A DNA stretch of 61,833 nt, filler included, from Sluysia triapertura (GCA_046118255.1; 5 parts of 5 records of this genome joined end to end with filler, not necessarily neighbours in it); one strand, 5' to 3'. Counted from the first letter of the whole stretch, positions 10,988 to 26,099 are shown. The notes: generated from the letters alone by a model not told the origin. Made by a program: numbers and translations.

Positions 10988-13900
10988 TTCAGTAGATAAC
11001 TATTTTAGATCATTATTATTATTACAATTATTATTTTCTTAAACTTCCAATTAATTTTCTCATAATTCATAATAAGTTTCAAATTAATTTCGATAACAAA
11101 TCTCATTTTAATTAAAGAGCATAAAGAAAAAAGTCAATTTATTCAAGTAACAAATGAAAAAAAAATTGTTCATAGTATTAATTTTATAATTCAATTATAT
11201 TAAAAGAATCTGATTTATTTAGTTATACTTTTAAAATGTGAGCAAAACTTTTTTAAAAAATATAAGTAAATATTACATAAATATATAATTTATATGACGA
11301 CTATAAGCATAATTCATAATTCTATGTAGTCATATGTCGGCAATATGAGACATTGTTCAACATAGTTAAATTAATTCCTCATTAATTTGTACTTATTAAA
11401 TAAAACTTAAATGATGTTGATAACCACTTACTTAACAAATACAATGAATATATTTCACAAACATGTTTTATTTTTATTTATATATTCAATGTTACATTTT
11501 TCTAAAGCTTAAAACTTATCATCATAAAGCACTTAAATTACTAAACTAATATGGTTTACCTATATGATAAACTTTACCTTTATTGCGATATATGTTAAGA
11601 AAACTTTTTCAAAATTTCAAATTACAGCAAATAATTTTAAAAAGATTATCATTGAAAAATTTAATCATCAGTTTCAGTGAACCGAGACCCAATAACGTTG
11701 AAATTTACTGAGTATTGACAGGATTTTCCTAGATGTGTTTAAATGAATAATAAATGTCTGCGCGAAACTATCCCAGGAGGTTGGTCATTTTGTTCAAACT
11801 TATGGTTTATCAGTAGTTTATTAGTGATTTATTTCGGACACAAGTTTTGAGTGATCATATTACATTGTACTGGGTTTTTACTAGACTGATAGTATTATTT
11901 TACTTTAAATTTTAGCTGATATTTTTTGGTTTTTAGTTAAAGTATATGTGAAATTTACTCTATACAACTTTAGAGTTTTTTCAGTCTTTTGTATAATTTT
12001 CGTTTTCTGATTTATAATCAGTTTCTAATAATATTAAAAATTTCCCCATATTTTTGTCATATAATTGCATGATACAATTCATTTCGTTTATTATGATATT
12101 AACAGATTAACTCGTTTTATTTATATCTGAAATTATGAGTGCAGTAATCATGTGTAATATTGTATAATGTGATATTGATTCGCCACTTTATATCTTTGAA
12201 AACTAATGTCATTACTAATGTTATTGCATATATTATAATATATTATATTATAATTCATTTTATGTATACTATGTTATTGGAGGCTTTGAATGCCCTGAAA
12301 GATTAAATTTAGTTAGATTTAGATAAAGCACGTATGAATTTTCCAACTTGTAATACTTCATTATCATTGAAATAATTAATTAGTTGCCATTCATGATTTT
12401 CACATAATTATTTATTCTGGATTATTTAAATAAACTTTTAAAATCTAAAACACGTTCACTTTTTGTATTAATGATCTGAATTAAAACAAATAAAAACAAA
12501 ACTGAAAAAAATAATTTATTAATTTTATTAAATCGAATTAAACAGTTTTAATCAAATTTTTATTCAGAAGCCTATTTTAGAACTATCATCCTAACTGGAC
12601 ATGCAGAGACGCACATAAGAAAAAATTAATATAGGTAATGAGAAAAGAGCAATCCAAAAAATTATTATAAATAATTCTGAAATTAGAATAATTTTTTATC
12701 AAATTTTGAATTAAACATTGTAGATAATACTTTTGTAGATATTTATTTTTATTGGAATGAACTAAATCCATTTTTAAATAAAAATTTTCCTTGGAATAAA
12801 TTTTTTTAGCTATCAAAATATAATTTTCCAAATTATTTGCAAGAAATTGATAAACCATATATTCATTTGTTTCAACATTTATCATGTTTATTTAATTTAA
12901 AAATATAAAACAATTAGAATTGTTACGAATACTATTTTTATTTAATGTTCAAAGTAATTTCGGAAAATATAAATCACATTACAGTTAGATTGTTTGCTTG
13001 TGAAATAATTCTTTTGAAAATTTTATTTAGAGAAATAATTTCATTTGTCAATTGTGATGGTTTACCCAATAATTCAAAATTTTAACTCTTTACTATATAA
13101 TAGTTACATATTTAGTAAACAATCAATCAAATATGTTAAACGCATTTAACACAATACATTAAGTTCTCTATGTCTTAGTACAAATTTATAAATAACACAT
13201 ACCTTACAAAAACAATAACCTTCATTTTCACCTTTTCACTTTTGCTTTACCTACAAACACTCAATCCAAACATTACGCAAATAAGAATCGCAGATAATGG
13301 CAATTATTAGTCACAGTGATAATAATATTGTTTTTATCATTATTATTTTGTTTTCCATTTTATGTACCTGCATTAACTGAACAATCAAATATAATCCAAC
13401 GTCGTTCTGAACGCAGAAGAAGGCGAAAAAGCAAAAACAAAACATGATTCGTCAATGACAAGTGGTAGTAACGAAAATGGTAATTCAAACACAGATGGAA
13501 TTTCTACGTCGCATCAGTCACACTCAAAATCTTATGTGGAAGCAGCTAAAATTCCTCTAACAAATTCTAATAAAAAGCGAGTAACTTCAGCGTCAGTTGT
13601 ATCATTTATGTCTGTGACTAGTATTTCAAACATTATTAATCATCACTATCATCATCAATCAATCAACATCTAATCATCATAAATACGGACATAATGATTT
13701 TAAATCTGTATATTATATATCAACTAATCGTATGTCGAATGATAAAAATAATTACTGTCCAAATAATAATAGTAATCATAACTAAGGTAGTTTTACTTGT
13801 ACTAATATTAATAACAATAATATTAACAATTATTATTCATAATTATTATTATAACAAATTATAAAATTTTATGAAAAATAAAAAGAATTCTAATCGATAA

Positions 13901-16900
13901 AAATTTGTCCAATTTCAATATGGCCTTAATGCCTCATTGGCTAACATTTCAAACTAAATGTGTGATTATTTATAATGCTAACCATGAACTAATACATAGC
14001 ATTCATATAACAATTGAATGCGGGTATAATAAAATTCAGGTATTGAAACTTTTTATGTGCAATTAAATTTTGATGAAGAAATACATTATAGTTTTAATAA
14101 CTAGATTTCGAGGTTTATTATATTCTTAACGGAAACAGTTATCCTTGCTATTACATTGAAACGTTGAAGTATAATAACTCCTGTGTTTTTTTTGTGTTAA
14201 TTACTGATTCAAGAACATTTTCTATGTTTTCACTTGTGTTATATTCCATACTGAACTATTCTGAATCTCCTTTCATCATTTTTGCTATTTTTCAATTTTA
14301 AAGAAAATTATGAAAAAAGTTTTTCTGAGGTGAGTTTTTTGTATAATTTTATTACACTTACTATTAATGCTCATATTTTAGTATATATGTTTGAGTACAG
14401 TTGTGTCTGTAATAAATTAACCAAAATTTGTGTCATTCTTTTAAATTTAACATTAAGTCATGTTATGGTCCTTAAGACCAATACTTGTATTTTTAAAAAT
14501 TTAAATTGTTTTCATAAATTAAGAACATTTGTTTTATATTATTTTTGATCATAAGAGAGTTCAATTCCAGATGAAAATCATCGTAGCAAATGTTCTCATA
14601 AAACGAATGATATATTTCTATCATCAATATTACCTTCACCATTTAAAACGCATAACGTCGAGTCGATCACACAATCTGTTATACAATCTCGCTTACACAA
14701 ATCTTCTAACCAGCGAAGTATTCAATTTAAGTTATTGCTACTTGTTTTTCGTTCTAAACACATAAATGTCAAATTATCATTTTTAAACTAACTTATAACA
14801 TGTCTGCAAGACATTTAATATTGGAAAATGACAATAACTTGCCTTTTTCTCATTGCGTTGCATCATTTGTTGACAGATTGTTTACCACTTACTATATGCA
14901 GTCTGTAAAAAAATGATCAACACTGTTTTTACTAACTTCTGTTTCCACTCTGTCATCCATATTAAATAAAATTAATGTTAATCTTTTTACCAAAATTTTT
15001 AAAACAATAAATTCAATAAAACAATACAACAATAAAATATATTTACAAAATATTTTGTAACAATAACTCTCATCTACATCAATGTTAATTTACAACGAGT
15101 GTCAGAAAAAATTTTTATCTTTGTGCCTTGATGTATACATCATATTTGTGTCACGCTGAATATTCTAAGAAAGTACAACATTTAAACTTGCATTTAAATT
15201 TAATATGTTTGAAAATATAAGCATGTTTTTAATATCACCATTATTACTAAACGTATTACGTTCTTTCGTAGCAAGTAACCTACCTTGAACATGGGCGAAC
15301 AGATTTATTGTGTAATGAATTAAATGTTACAATGCAATTAAATTAATGGTAATAGTGTTCATATTGTTAAATTAATAGTGAAGTTTTCAATACTAAATCA
15401 AAGACGTTCAATCATCCGAAACATGTTATGTAACGATCTTTTGGAACTGTGCAAAAAGTAATTATTGTATCACTCTTGCATTTGAAATAACTTTAGGTAA
15501 CATTCTTATTCTTTTTATATTTAACTTCTGACAATAATTAGAAGTAGGTTTCATTTAAGCTACTACAATATTTTCCAATATTCAAACCGAAAATATTACT
15601 TGAATATATTGAATTTAACTTCAACCTCTTTTATAAATCCTAAACATTTATTACATCTAGTTAAATCTTTAATGTAATAATAATATTCGCATAGTAATTT
15701 TTGTGGTTGTAATATTTAAGAGCTTTTATTACTTATTACATTAAAATTTTTATACTTAGTTTTATTGTTTAATATCATTAAAAAACGATTTAATTATTAT
15801 AAGGAAGGCTTATTAAAAAAAGGCTTAAGTCGGTGAAATTTATTACTAAATTAATTTTATATGATTTAACTTTTCATACCCTACCTCATTATTTATTCCG
15901 TAAAAATAATGTAAATTTTTTATAAATTTCAAACGATATGCAAAATATCACTTGATGGCTTATTTACTCTCACAAAATCGTCTTCGGCGTTCTCTTGAAC
16001 ATTTTTCACTAATTCATTTTTTTCTAAATGTATAAGCTTTAGTCTTAAATTGACACACAACCTTTTGAAGTTTGCTTAATGTCTTTGAAATTTCATTGAA
16101 AATTTCTCTTAATAATTCTAGAGTTATGATGAAATCGTTATGAGGAAATCTGGAATTATCTATACAAACAATATTCTTAGAGTGATTATAAGCTCAGAAC
16201 ACGAAGTAGCAGTTCGTATCAAAGATCTAGAAGTAATACTAACAGATCCTGAGCTATATGAATATAATGAATTTTCTTTTAAATCACCATTCGAAACATT
16301 TTGTTCACTGATCATCATAAATTCAAAAAATATTTTCCAAATTAAATTTAACAACTACAAAAGATAAAATTTGAAAAAAATTACATAAAAATATATTAAA
16401 ATAGTGATAATATTAAATAATAATATTAAAAAAATATTAAAAATAGTGATAATATTAATAAATATTAAAAACAGGAGAAAAAAAATAATAAATTTTACAA
16501 TAATAAAATAAAAATAATAATGATAATAAAACAAAAATGTTACAATATTTCAAAATTCTTTCTTTTCTTTTTAATTTGTAAATATTTAAAGTTCTTTTGT
16601 AATATTTATAATAATCTTGAATAATGTTTTATAAAGGTTAATCTTTAAATAAATATTCTTTGATGATTAATGAAATAAAATGTAAAGTGTAAAATAGCAT
16701 TATTAATAATTTTTAGACGTAATTGCTAACGCTGATAAGAATTGTGGAAACAATGATTAGAATGTGGTAAAATTAAACGTATTTAATGTTTCGTGGCTAG
16801 GTAAAAGATTTAGAAAGGTGTAACATCTGTTATGAGTGTTGAATGTGATTTGATGTCTATTTTTCATATAATAAAATTGTCGGTAATAGGTTCGGCTACT

Positions 16901-18418
16901 ACGGTAATCCAGAGGCTTTCACGAAACCTTAAATACATGTTTAGATCACAGCAGCTTCATTATAATTATCACTATAATTTATTTTTATTACCATAATCAT
17001 TGTTATCATCTTTACCACTGATAATATAATCAATAATATAACAGACACTAATATTTCTCTTTCTAGAATGTTCCGGAACTTGTGCGAAATACTGTTGAAT
17101 AAATTCATCTTAATTTTTTCATTTGTTATTATTATTATTATTATTATGAAATTTTATTTTTATTATTATATAGTGCATATAAATGGCTTAATAATTTTTA
17201 AAAATAATTTTCTTCTAAAATATTTAGTTTTAATTTACTCATTTTGTCACTTAAATTGATTTTAGGGTGTTTAAAAAATGAAATTTTCTTAGAGTTACCT
17301 ATACAAACGAGGCTTTCGTTACTAAATTTACGAATTAATATTGAACTTTCTATTTACGAATTGATCTTTCTACGCTGCACGATGAATCTTTGCAAGTTTG
17401 TGATTTAGAGATCAATTTATGAATAAAGCCGATTAATTAGTATCTGATGAAAGTGTGGTGGCCAGCACCATTACACAACACACTAATATTTACAGCTACA
17501 TATCTATATCACTCATTACATCAAAATTCACTAAATCTATGTTTTAAAATCCAAAAAATAAAACGAAATGAAATTTAAATTTCACTAATTTTCTTGTATA
17601 ACCCCTTTCTATTACTCATTTTCACTTTTCTTTAACCTCCTATCTATCAGTCTTCTAAACTTACGTTTCTATCATCTTCTTCTAAATCTTTTCTATACAA
17701 AGTATTCTCTTGTTGATGACAACAAGTCAATTCAAAATTAAATACTCCACTAAATTAATCGAATAGCAAAGTGTCAAGTTATAGTAATTTATAATCCATT
17801 TTCTGTCATCATCATCATTGCCAATCTTTGGACGTGTTAATACCATTCATAGAGATCATATTCATCAATGACAAATTCTAGGCAAATTAAAACCCGAAGA
17901 TTTTAATAGCTCAAATGAACAAGTTAAGCAACCAAAAACAATATAAGCTTTCCGAAGAAGTATTACAAATTTTAATTTCAAATATCGATTATTTAATAAA
18001 AGAAGCTAATGATAGTTTAACGAAACGAAAAGTTGGACTTTTACTTAAAATCTAATATTAAAACGTAATTTTGGAATGTTATTCTCATGAAAAGTGACAG
18101 AAAATTATTATCCAAGATTTTATCAAATGCTATGTATGATAAAATAATGTTTTTGAAAGATAAAAAAATTTTAAAAATAGATGAAGTCTAATCCATTTAA
18201 AAATAATTCTATACAAGTTTTACGATATCTTCACATACTGGGAATCATGGTTTATATATAATAAAAACAAAACATAATAGAAGGCATAGATACTAGAGCT
18301 AAGATTAAGAAAACATACTTGACGTGAGTCAGTATAGGAGGAATAGCATTGATGGTATTTGAATATATCTGATATATCTGCTATAGGAGGAATAGCATTG
18401 ATGGTATTTGAATATATC

Positions 18419-18615
18419 TGATATATCTGATGATTCTTTAGTTAAATGAGAATGTAAAGGTCTAAAAAATCTTATTTTTATTTTTATGATTTTGTGTAAA
18501 ATTAAAATTATGAAAATATTATAAAAAATTATTAAAATTGTATTACTTAAGAAATTATTATTTTAATTATATTAAAATTAAAATTATTATTATTATAAAT
18601 TAAAAAATATCTCAA
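18419..18615 (+). repeat. About 195-bp direct repeat, copy A
   Basis: Near-identical to 19711-19902; preceded by a 49-bp tandem duplication (18333-18381 / 18382-18430). Confidence 0.9.
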
Positions 18616-18639
18616 GGAGAAATAGCATTGTTACATTAA

Positions 18640-19125
18640 GCAGATTTGCCATAACAGATAGTTTAGCCCAATTACCCAAAAATTCACTTCTAATATCGTT
18701 GTTGAGAATCGCTATCAAATTCAATTCTCAGTGTACCGTGATGTAATAAAATTTTAATAACAAATTTTCGATCAATTTAAACATTAATGTTATCATCTCC
18801 TGGAATAAGTAAATGAACAGTTGTTACATGGCCTTGATGAGTGACAAAATATATTGACTGCCAGGATCTATAAGAAATTGGATTGGCACTAGCATCGTAA
18901 TCTATAAACCACTTTACAATATCTTTATGCTCTAAATTTGACTCTTCAATGATACCATTAGTTCGATACTTATATTAACCATACATAATTGTAATTTAAT
19001 TATTCAAAATTTCAGCATTATTCTTAAATAAAGTATTTGCATCATCTATATTTCCTTTTTGATTTGCTTTAATCATTAAATCAACATTTTACAATTTACT
19101 AAAATTTGCTGATGTTAACAAAAAT
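18640..19125 (-). pseudogene. Decayed ankyrin-repeat coding sequence
   Basis: Minus strand: GIIEESNLEHKDIVKWFIDYDASAN..SWQSIYFVTHQGHVTTVHLLIPGDDNINV* and VIKILLHHG; ankyrin pattern with in-frame stops. Confidence 0.6.
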
Positions 19126-19710
19126 ATTTTATCTACGATTTATGGTAACACTACTAATTTTAGTAGTCTATATTTACAGTAATGAGTGTAACTTAATACG
19201 ATGTAGCGGTTTATGAATGTCGCTTTAATACAATATATTTCAAAAATGTCTGAATTCTTCTACCGAATATCCCAAACCGTAAATATATTAGACTTGATTT
19301 AATTTTTAAATTTTTCAATTTGGAATAATCGCAATTTAATCTATTTGAATATTATTAATAACGTTTCGTTCGAATGTATTATTTATAATTTAAATAAGAC
19401 TTATTTCCCATTTAATAATTTTATTTATGATAACAATAAAAGTTATTCAGTACCAAACAAAGTGTTTATAAGTTGATCAGTCAATACTTACATTAACGAG
19501 AATGTGAAATTGTTTTTGTTTTAGATGGATTTCCAAGAATTAGCATGCAACCTGCAAAGCTAGATAAATAGAAGACGAATTAGACGTAGTATTTGAATTC
19601 AAATTAAATGAGAAAACTTTTGAAGATCCAATAGCTGTTCGGTTGTCTCATCTGAAAAGTTTGTCATATTATCATGAAAAAGTTTAGTCCACGAAAATAC
19701 CTGTGCAAGT

Positions 19711-19902
19711 TGATATATCTGATGAATCTTTAGTTAAATGAGAATGTAAAGGTCTAAAAAATCTTTATTTTTATGATTTTGTGTAAAATTAAAATTATGA
19801 AAATATTATAAAAAATTATTAAAATTGTATTATTTAAAAAATTATTATTTTAATTATATTAAAATTAAAATTATTATTATTATAAATTAAAAAATATCTC
19901 AA
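19711..19902 (+). repeat. About 192-bp direct repeat, copy B
   Basis: Near-identical to 18419-18615. Confidence 0.9.
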
Positions 19903-21882
19903 AAGAAACTTCTAGAAATAAATTTGTTTAATTAAATAAAATTTTAAAAGATGTCTTTATATGTATATAAAGACAACATAAATAAAGAACAATCACAAAG
20001 AAATTAGTACGCCATTTTGAGATCATAAACAAAGTTGTTACAAAAATTATCCTCGACATCAATCGGCGCGTCATCATCAAATTTATTATCGGACTACTCG
20101 TTCAAGTAGGTTTCAAGTTCATCCTTCAAGATATTGTGTAAATCCCGCCTATTCGATAAGAGAGATAGCACTTTCCAAGCATCAGCAGCAGCTCGACCGA
20201 TCAATTCAAATTCGAACAATGTTCCTGGAGATAGATTATCAATATTATTAATTAATTTGTAAGTTTGATTCACATAGTGTGTAAACTCACATTGAGTTAA
20301 AATATAAACTTAAACTACTGTTTTTCACACTTGGTCATTAAGGCCAATCATAAAATTAAGTTAAAATATAAAATCTCCAATCTTTAGTTGGCCCTTAAGG
20401 TCTATTACAAAATCATTATTATAGGGTAGAGTCTCTCGGCTGGACCCTTGTCATAACTTAATTATTATTGTTATAACAAATTTTTTGTTGTTGACAATCG
20501 TTTTTATTGAATTTTATAAATTTATAATAATTTTTTTAATCTTAATTTTGTGTAATAACAGTGTTAAAAAATTTTCAAGTCTTGTTTTTATTATAATTGT
20601 CCTAATGTTAACATTTCAGCTTAAATCAAGTTTATAGTCACCTTAGACTATATATTTTTGTCGAAAAATCCGTTGATTCCAATATTGTTTCATTAAATTT
20701 TAATAAGAACAAAAAATTCTAAAGGTCATTATATTAAGATTTGAAGATATAATAAACGACACGTTTTTATACAAATATTATTCACTTGATTTTTATATTA
20801 ATTCAGATATTCCATAAGTCAGCGTTGGTCGTGATTGCTTTTTAAGTTATTTAGTATTAGTTGACATAAACGACGATTTTGCCTATTATTGTTTAAGTTA
20901 AGGCAAAGAGTATTTTGTACTATTAATCTTGATAATTGTTTTCACGTAATTTTACAGGTACGCTATTAGTAAATTGTATAGTGTAAACGGACTCAGAATA
21001 GTAAATTATTTTGCTGTAAGTTATGTTTTTAAATTAAGAAAAAACCAGCAAGAAGATGTGAAGGTGTATTTCAAAATACGCTAAAAAACGTTTTATATAA
21101 AGTTGTAGAAATACTTTAGTTTCGAAAGCACAAGATTATAAATGATTTGCGTTAAATATAATGGAATTTTAAGACTTGTTATATTTTTGGATTATAATTA
21201 TACGTTATTCGACTTACAAACTTATGAAATTTAAATTTGTAAATTCGAATTATATTAATTATTTTATGGAATTTAATTTAACGAAATTTTTTTATTCAAA
21301 TAGTTTTGATGTCAAACTCCATACTGTAATGATAATAAAGTTATACTTAATATGAATAATTATGAAATTGCATCTACTTTAAAATTTTATGCTTTTAAGC
21401 TTAAAAAGCCTTTTAATAATTGTATGTTTATTACATTGTACGCATGTTATCAAATTTTCGAAGAAAAGTGTAACTGTGTCAAGTGCATTTGATTTAGATC
21501 TATTTCAAAACAAGCAATATGTTTACAAAATTATAAAGATGTGTTTATATTTGCTCGTACATTTGCGGAATATGATATTGTTTTGTGACCACATTTTGAT
21601 GTAAAAGTAATTTATGCCGGTTGAATTAAAGTACTTTCTGATCAAAAATATCGAGATTTCGTTAAAAGAGTTCGTCCTTTGATATAAAAATGAAAAAGTA
21701 CAGTTGTATTTTAGTTGAATTCAGAACTTCTTCATAATATGCTACAAGCTATAAATAACTCTTTGAAGCACGGAATTTTAGAAAATAAAAAGACTCATGT
21801 TGCACAAGAATATTTTTTTACAATATGGGTTATTTAAATAAATACAAATATAAAACTATGAAAAATAAAAATAAAAATTGAA

Positions 21883-21982
21883 NNNNNNNNNNNNNNNNNN
21901 NNNNNNNNNNNNNNNNNNNNNNNNNNTTAATTAATTAANNNNNNNNNNNNNNNNNNNNNNNNNNNNNNNNNNNNNNNNNNNN
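21883..21982. other. Artificial contig linker N44-TTAATTAATTAA-N44
   Basis: Same 100-nt cassette. Confidence 0.95.
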
Positions 21983-22780
21983 AATGACTATAATTATTAT
22001 ATATAGTTTAATACGATTTGAATTGTAATAATAATAGCTGTAGTTCATGATAATTATGTTTGTTTTTTGAATGAGTTTAGTAGTTTAATAATCTGTGTAC
22101 TTGTGAAATATTTTTATGTGATGAAATGTGATTTCCCTAGAGTCCTTATTTCCAAACTAGTTAAATTTTGTTAAAATATCCTATGGATGCCCAGCAGGAA
22201 AGTCATAGGCGAACAAGTTATAAACTTTATTTTGAGCAGGTTAAAAAATTAAAATACCCATAAAAATTATTATAGAAATTTAAGAGATTATTAACTAGTT
22301 TAATGTCAATGCAAAACGCTAAAAAATAAATGTTTTAAACTTATACAATACCGAAAAATTGTATTTAAAAACTAATAGTCTTTGTCATATATAATTTGAA
22401 AGGACCAATAGATCAACCACTTAACGTGGAAATTTAATTTGTTATTGATGTTATTTTCCAAGAAATATCAACTCAATTTCAATAAATGTTCAAAATCACT
22501 AAAACACAAATTCTAAACTCCATAAAGACTTGCAGTAAAACAATGTTTTCTTATGTTAGAGAACTGGATGAAAATATTAATAAAAGAGTAAATAATATCT
22601 AAAGAGGTTGCAGTTAGAAAGAAACTTGTAACTTTGGAATTTCATTAATAACTACGGAGTTCTAATTTACGAAATATACCCTTAAGTGTATTTAACAGAA
22701 AGTATCGGTATTGCAATGTGAGAAAGGTAATTTTCAGATAACAGTTATTTCTCTCTTTATTTAATTAATAATAAAATAAC

Positions 22781-23805
22781 CGATTGACACTGTGGCATAT
22801 TCTAGGAATAAGCCTTGCCAAAAATTGTAACGCTTGCCAATCAGTCGAATATTTTGAATCCGAAGAATCGGTAGCAGCAACAGATCCTGCTCCAGAGGTC
22901 GAAGTTCCTCCGATAGCTGGAGGTCCTGTAGATAAAACACAGGGATAACTGTAAGTGCGACAGTCACCTTGTACACCAACAGTTTGAATTGGCAATAGAA
23001 AACTTGTTATAGAGCAGCTATTCGTTATATCTATAAGTCGTTCTTGCTCTGCTTCAGTGGTACTATTTTTTATTCGACTTAACAGTGAATGAGGCTGAAT
23101 CAATTTATAAAATTTTAAAAGCTAGTGATTAGACAAAATTTTCAATTATTACATTTTAGAACGTTCTACTAAAGCTTAGAATAAATATTAATATTAATTC
23201 TTTAGAATATGCGAGGTGAAGCTTTTTTGCACAATAATTACAATATAACTGCAAGTTAACTGTTACCGCATTTACAACCTAGCGATATGTACTTATTTTT
23301 TTTAGGCAAATATTTATATAATTTGGATAGCATAAATAACATTGTCCATATGAAACTCAAAATGTTGCCGAATGTTTCTGTAATTCATACCATTTTTCAG
23401 TCCTAAAAGTTTACTAAATGAAAGCAATTCTCACTAGAACGAAAAGTTTTAAATGCTGCTTTTCCAATAAATACAAAATAAATCAGTTCACAAGATGATC
23501 ATTTTCTTTAAATCACATAGAACTAAAACAAATTTATATTTTTCAAGTATGGACAAATAAATTACAATAATATAATAGCATACTTTCTGAGACATACTGT
23601 TGTATGAAGCAATTATTTTAATAATACTGGATGTTTCAGCGAAATCTCTTTCGCAATAAGCATCCTGAGCACAAAGAATACGTACTGCAAGACCAGGACC
23701 AGGAAATGGTTGTCTAAATACAATCTCTTGTGGTATATTTAATTCTAAACCAATTTGACGTACCTCGTCCTTGTGAAAATCTTTCAGAGGTTCGATGACA
23801 CGGCC
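22781..23805 (-). CDS. GMPS: GMP synthase (glutamine-hydrolysing), two internal exons
   Basis: Exon 23805-23584 [35 protein letters not shown]; exon 23094-22781 [48 protein letters not shown]. Metazoan-type GMPS motifs; phase-0 GT-AG intron between the two. Confidence 0.95.
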
Positions 23806-25349
23806 CTGAAAATTATAAAACAATTAAATAGCTTAGATATCGAAAATAACAAATATTTTTATAGTGTCATTAAAAGTTCTTTTATTACATAATACCTTTC
23901 ATGTTTGCTTTCTGGCAACCAAAATTTGGCTCTCGAGTTCACAAAGCCAGAAATTGTTTAAATTTATTCCAAAAATAATTAATAAGTTTAAATTTAGTAA
24001 ATTGCGCATAATCAAGAGACCGAAGCTGCTGTTGGCCATCGAATCATTAAATTTCAATCAAATAACAGTTTGCTATGAGAAAAAATCATAAGAATTCATA
24101 AGTACTAATTCCTAAAAATATCGATAGTGTGGATTAAAATGTAATTGATAAAACAAATTAATCGTAAGGAAATTTTTGCATTGAAAGGCACAACATTTAA
24201 TTAACCAAAGAACTATTAAACGTTAAACTTTTGCTGATTTGGCTTTAGAACAGATTGAAGTTTTAAGAATATCCATTTTCGTGACGAAGTTTATTTTTGG
24301 CTAAATAATTTTTGTAAACAAATTTTAAAGTGTTGAAAATTAACTGTATAATACACATTTAGTCTAGTGGAATAACAGGGCCGCGTTATTTGGAGGATAT
24401 AAAACCATTTTAAATAAAACTATCTTTAAATACAAAATTCATCTTTATTTTAAAAAGTATAATAACTAAATGATAACGAAAATTTTATTGCACTTTAATA
24501 AAGCCAAAAAACTTATGAGTAAATTAAAGAATATTTAGAAAACTTTAAAAAATATCAAAAGCATTTTCGTACATAGCAAAACGGCATTCTGAAAAACCTT
24601 TAAACAAGATAAAAATAAGCAAAGAAATTATCCAATAATTCGTCTTACTTAAGTAGCGCATGAAAACATACGAGGATTAAACGTGAACACTAATAAACCT
24701 TAAAATTTCGCTAAAAAACGAATACTAAGAAGCCTAAACAATTACATTGCTAGAATTATAATATGCATTATAATTGACTAATGTTAAAATTAAAATTAAA
24801 ATTACACTCTGTAAGATAGAATATAAATTAATTATGTAGTGGATAAATCAATAACTGTAATTACAATTTGATGTGATGTTTCAAGATTTATTTAAAAGTA
24901 AATTTAATTTGATAAAACACTTTGTGATTTAGAAAATGAATAGAAACGAGTTAAAAGAGTTCATAATAAAATACATTACATTTCGAATAAATTGTTGAAA
25001 TTTTTGTGATAATTATGTTAAGTTTTTTTTTGGAAAAAAGATCATAAAATTTGAAACTGAAATTATATATTACATTGCTCCTCTGTCTGGGAAATTCTGC
25101 AGAAAAATAACTATTGATTATTTGCCATGAATTACATCATTTGGATTTAGATAAAATATAGTTTTAATTAAGCAATGAAACTAGTCATGCAACATAATGA
25201 GTGATAAGTTTTCACATCGTGTAATTTCTCATTTTGGGAACGGTTACGTGAAATCATGAGTTTACTCAAACAATAAGCAAACATTAAATAATCTGAAAAT
25301 CAAAATAAGTTTCGACTAGGTAGTTTCCATGAATATATCAACTACAAAA

Positions 25350-25520
25350 TAATTTATGTAGCACTTCTATTTACTAAATATTTCTGAAATAGAATGAAAT
25401 TTTATTATTTTAAAATACTTCATAATCTTCCAGTGGTTTGATAGTGGTAGCTAGTTGTAGATTTTTGAAGCATAAACGAAGTATATTCTATTACTTTATT
25501 ATTATGTATATTCTATATAA
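25350..25520 (-). mobile_element. L2 LINE 3' fragment
   Basis: Nucleotide similarity to 2945-3110 (AATATTTCTGAAA..AATCTTCCAGT..TTTTTGAA.CATAAACG). Confidence 0.7.
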
Positions 25521-26099
25521 ATTGAATAAAATAAAATGCCATTGTTATTAAATACAGTTGTTTTATGTTTCAATTTAAAAATTCTTATTAGATAATCACA
25601 TTTATAAAGTTTTAAATCAAAATTTATTTTGTTAATTTAAATAGAAATGACGAAAATAAATTGCGAAAACACCAATATTTTGTTTGAATATGCAGATACA
25701 GAAACAAACGACGTAAAATTTATAAAATATATACATCATAAATAGGCACTATTTTCTGTATAACTAACAAAATTATCAACGAGGAAATTCTCATCACACT
25801 CAACTTGCTTATTTCAACTCAGTTTTTCTTAAGAGGAATGGACGTATTCAGTCTACATTACATATTATTAAAGTATAAAAACGTGTATTAAATATCATCA
25901 AAAAACAACATTTATTCGACCTAATAACCAAATGGAATATATTGAATTTGGATGTTAGCAGATTATGTAGAAAATCTCACATATCTTTCTTCAAAATAAA
26001 AAATAAAATTTACATATACTTTGATTTATTAAACACTAAGTTAAAAGTGACTTCTTTGACTCATCAGACACAGATAAATTAAATTGCTTTCGCCAAATT

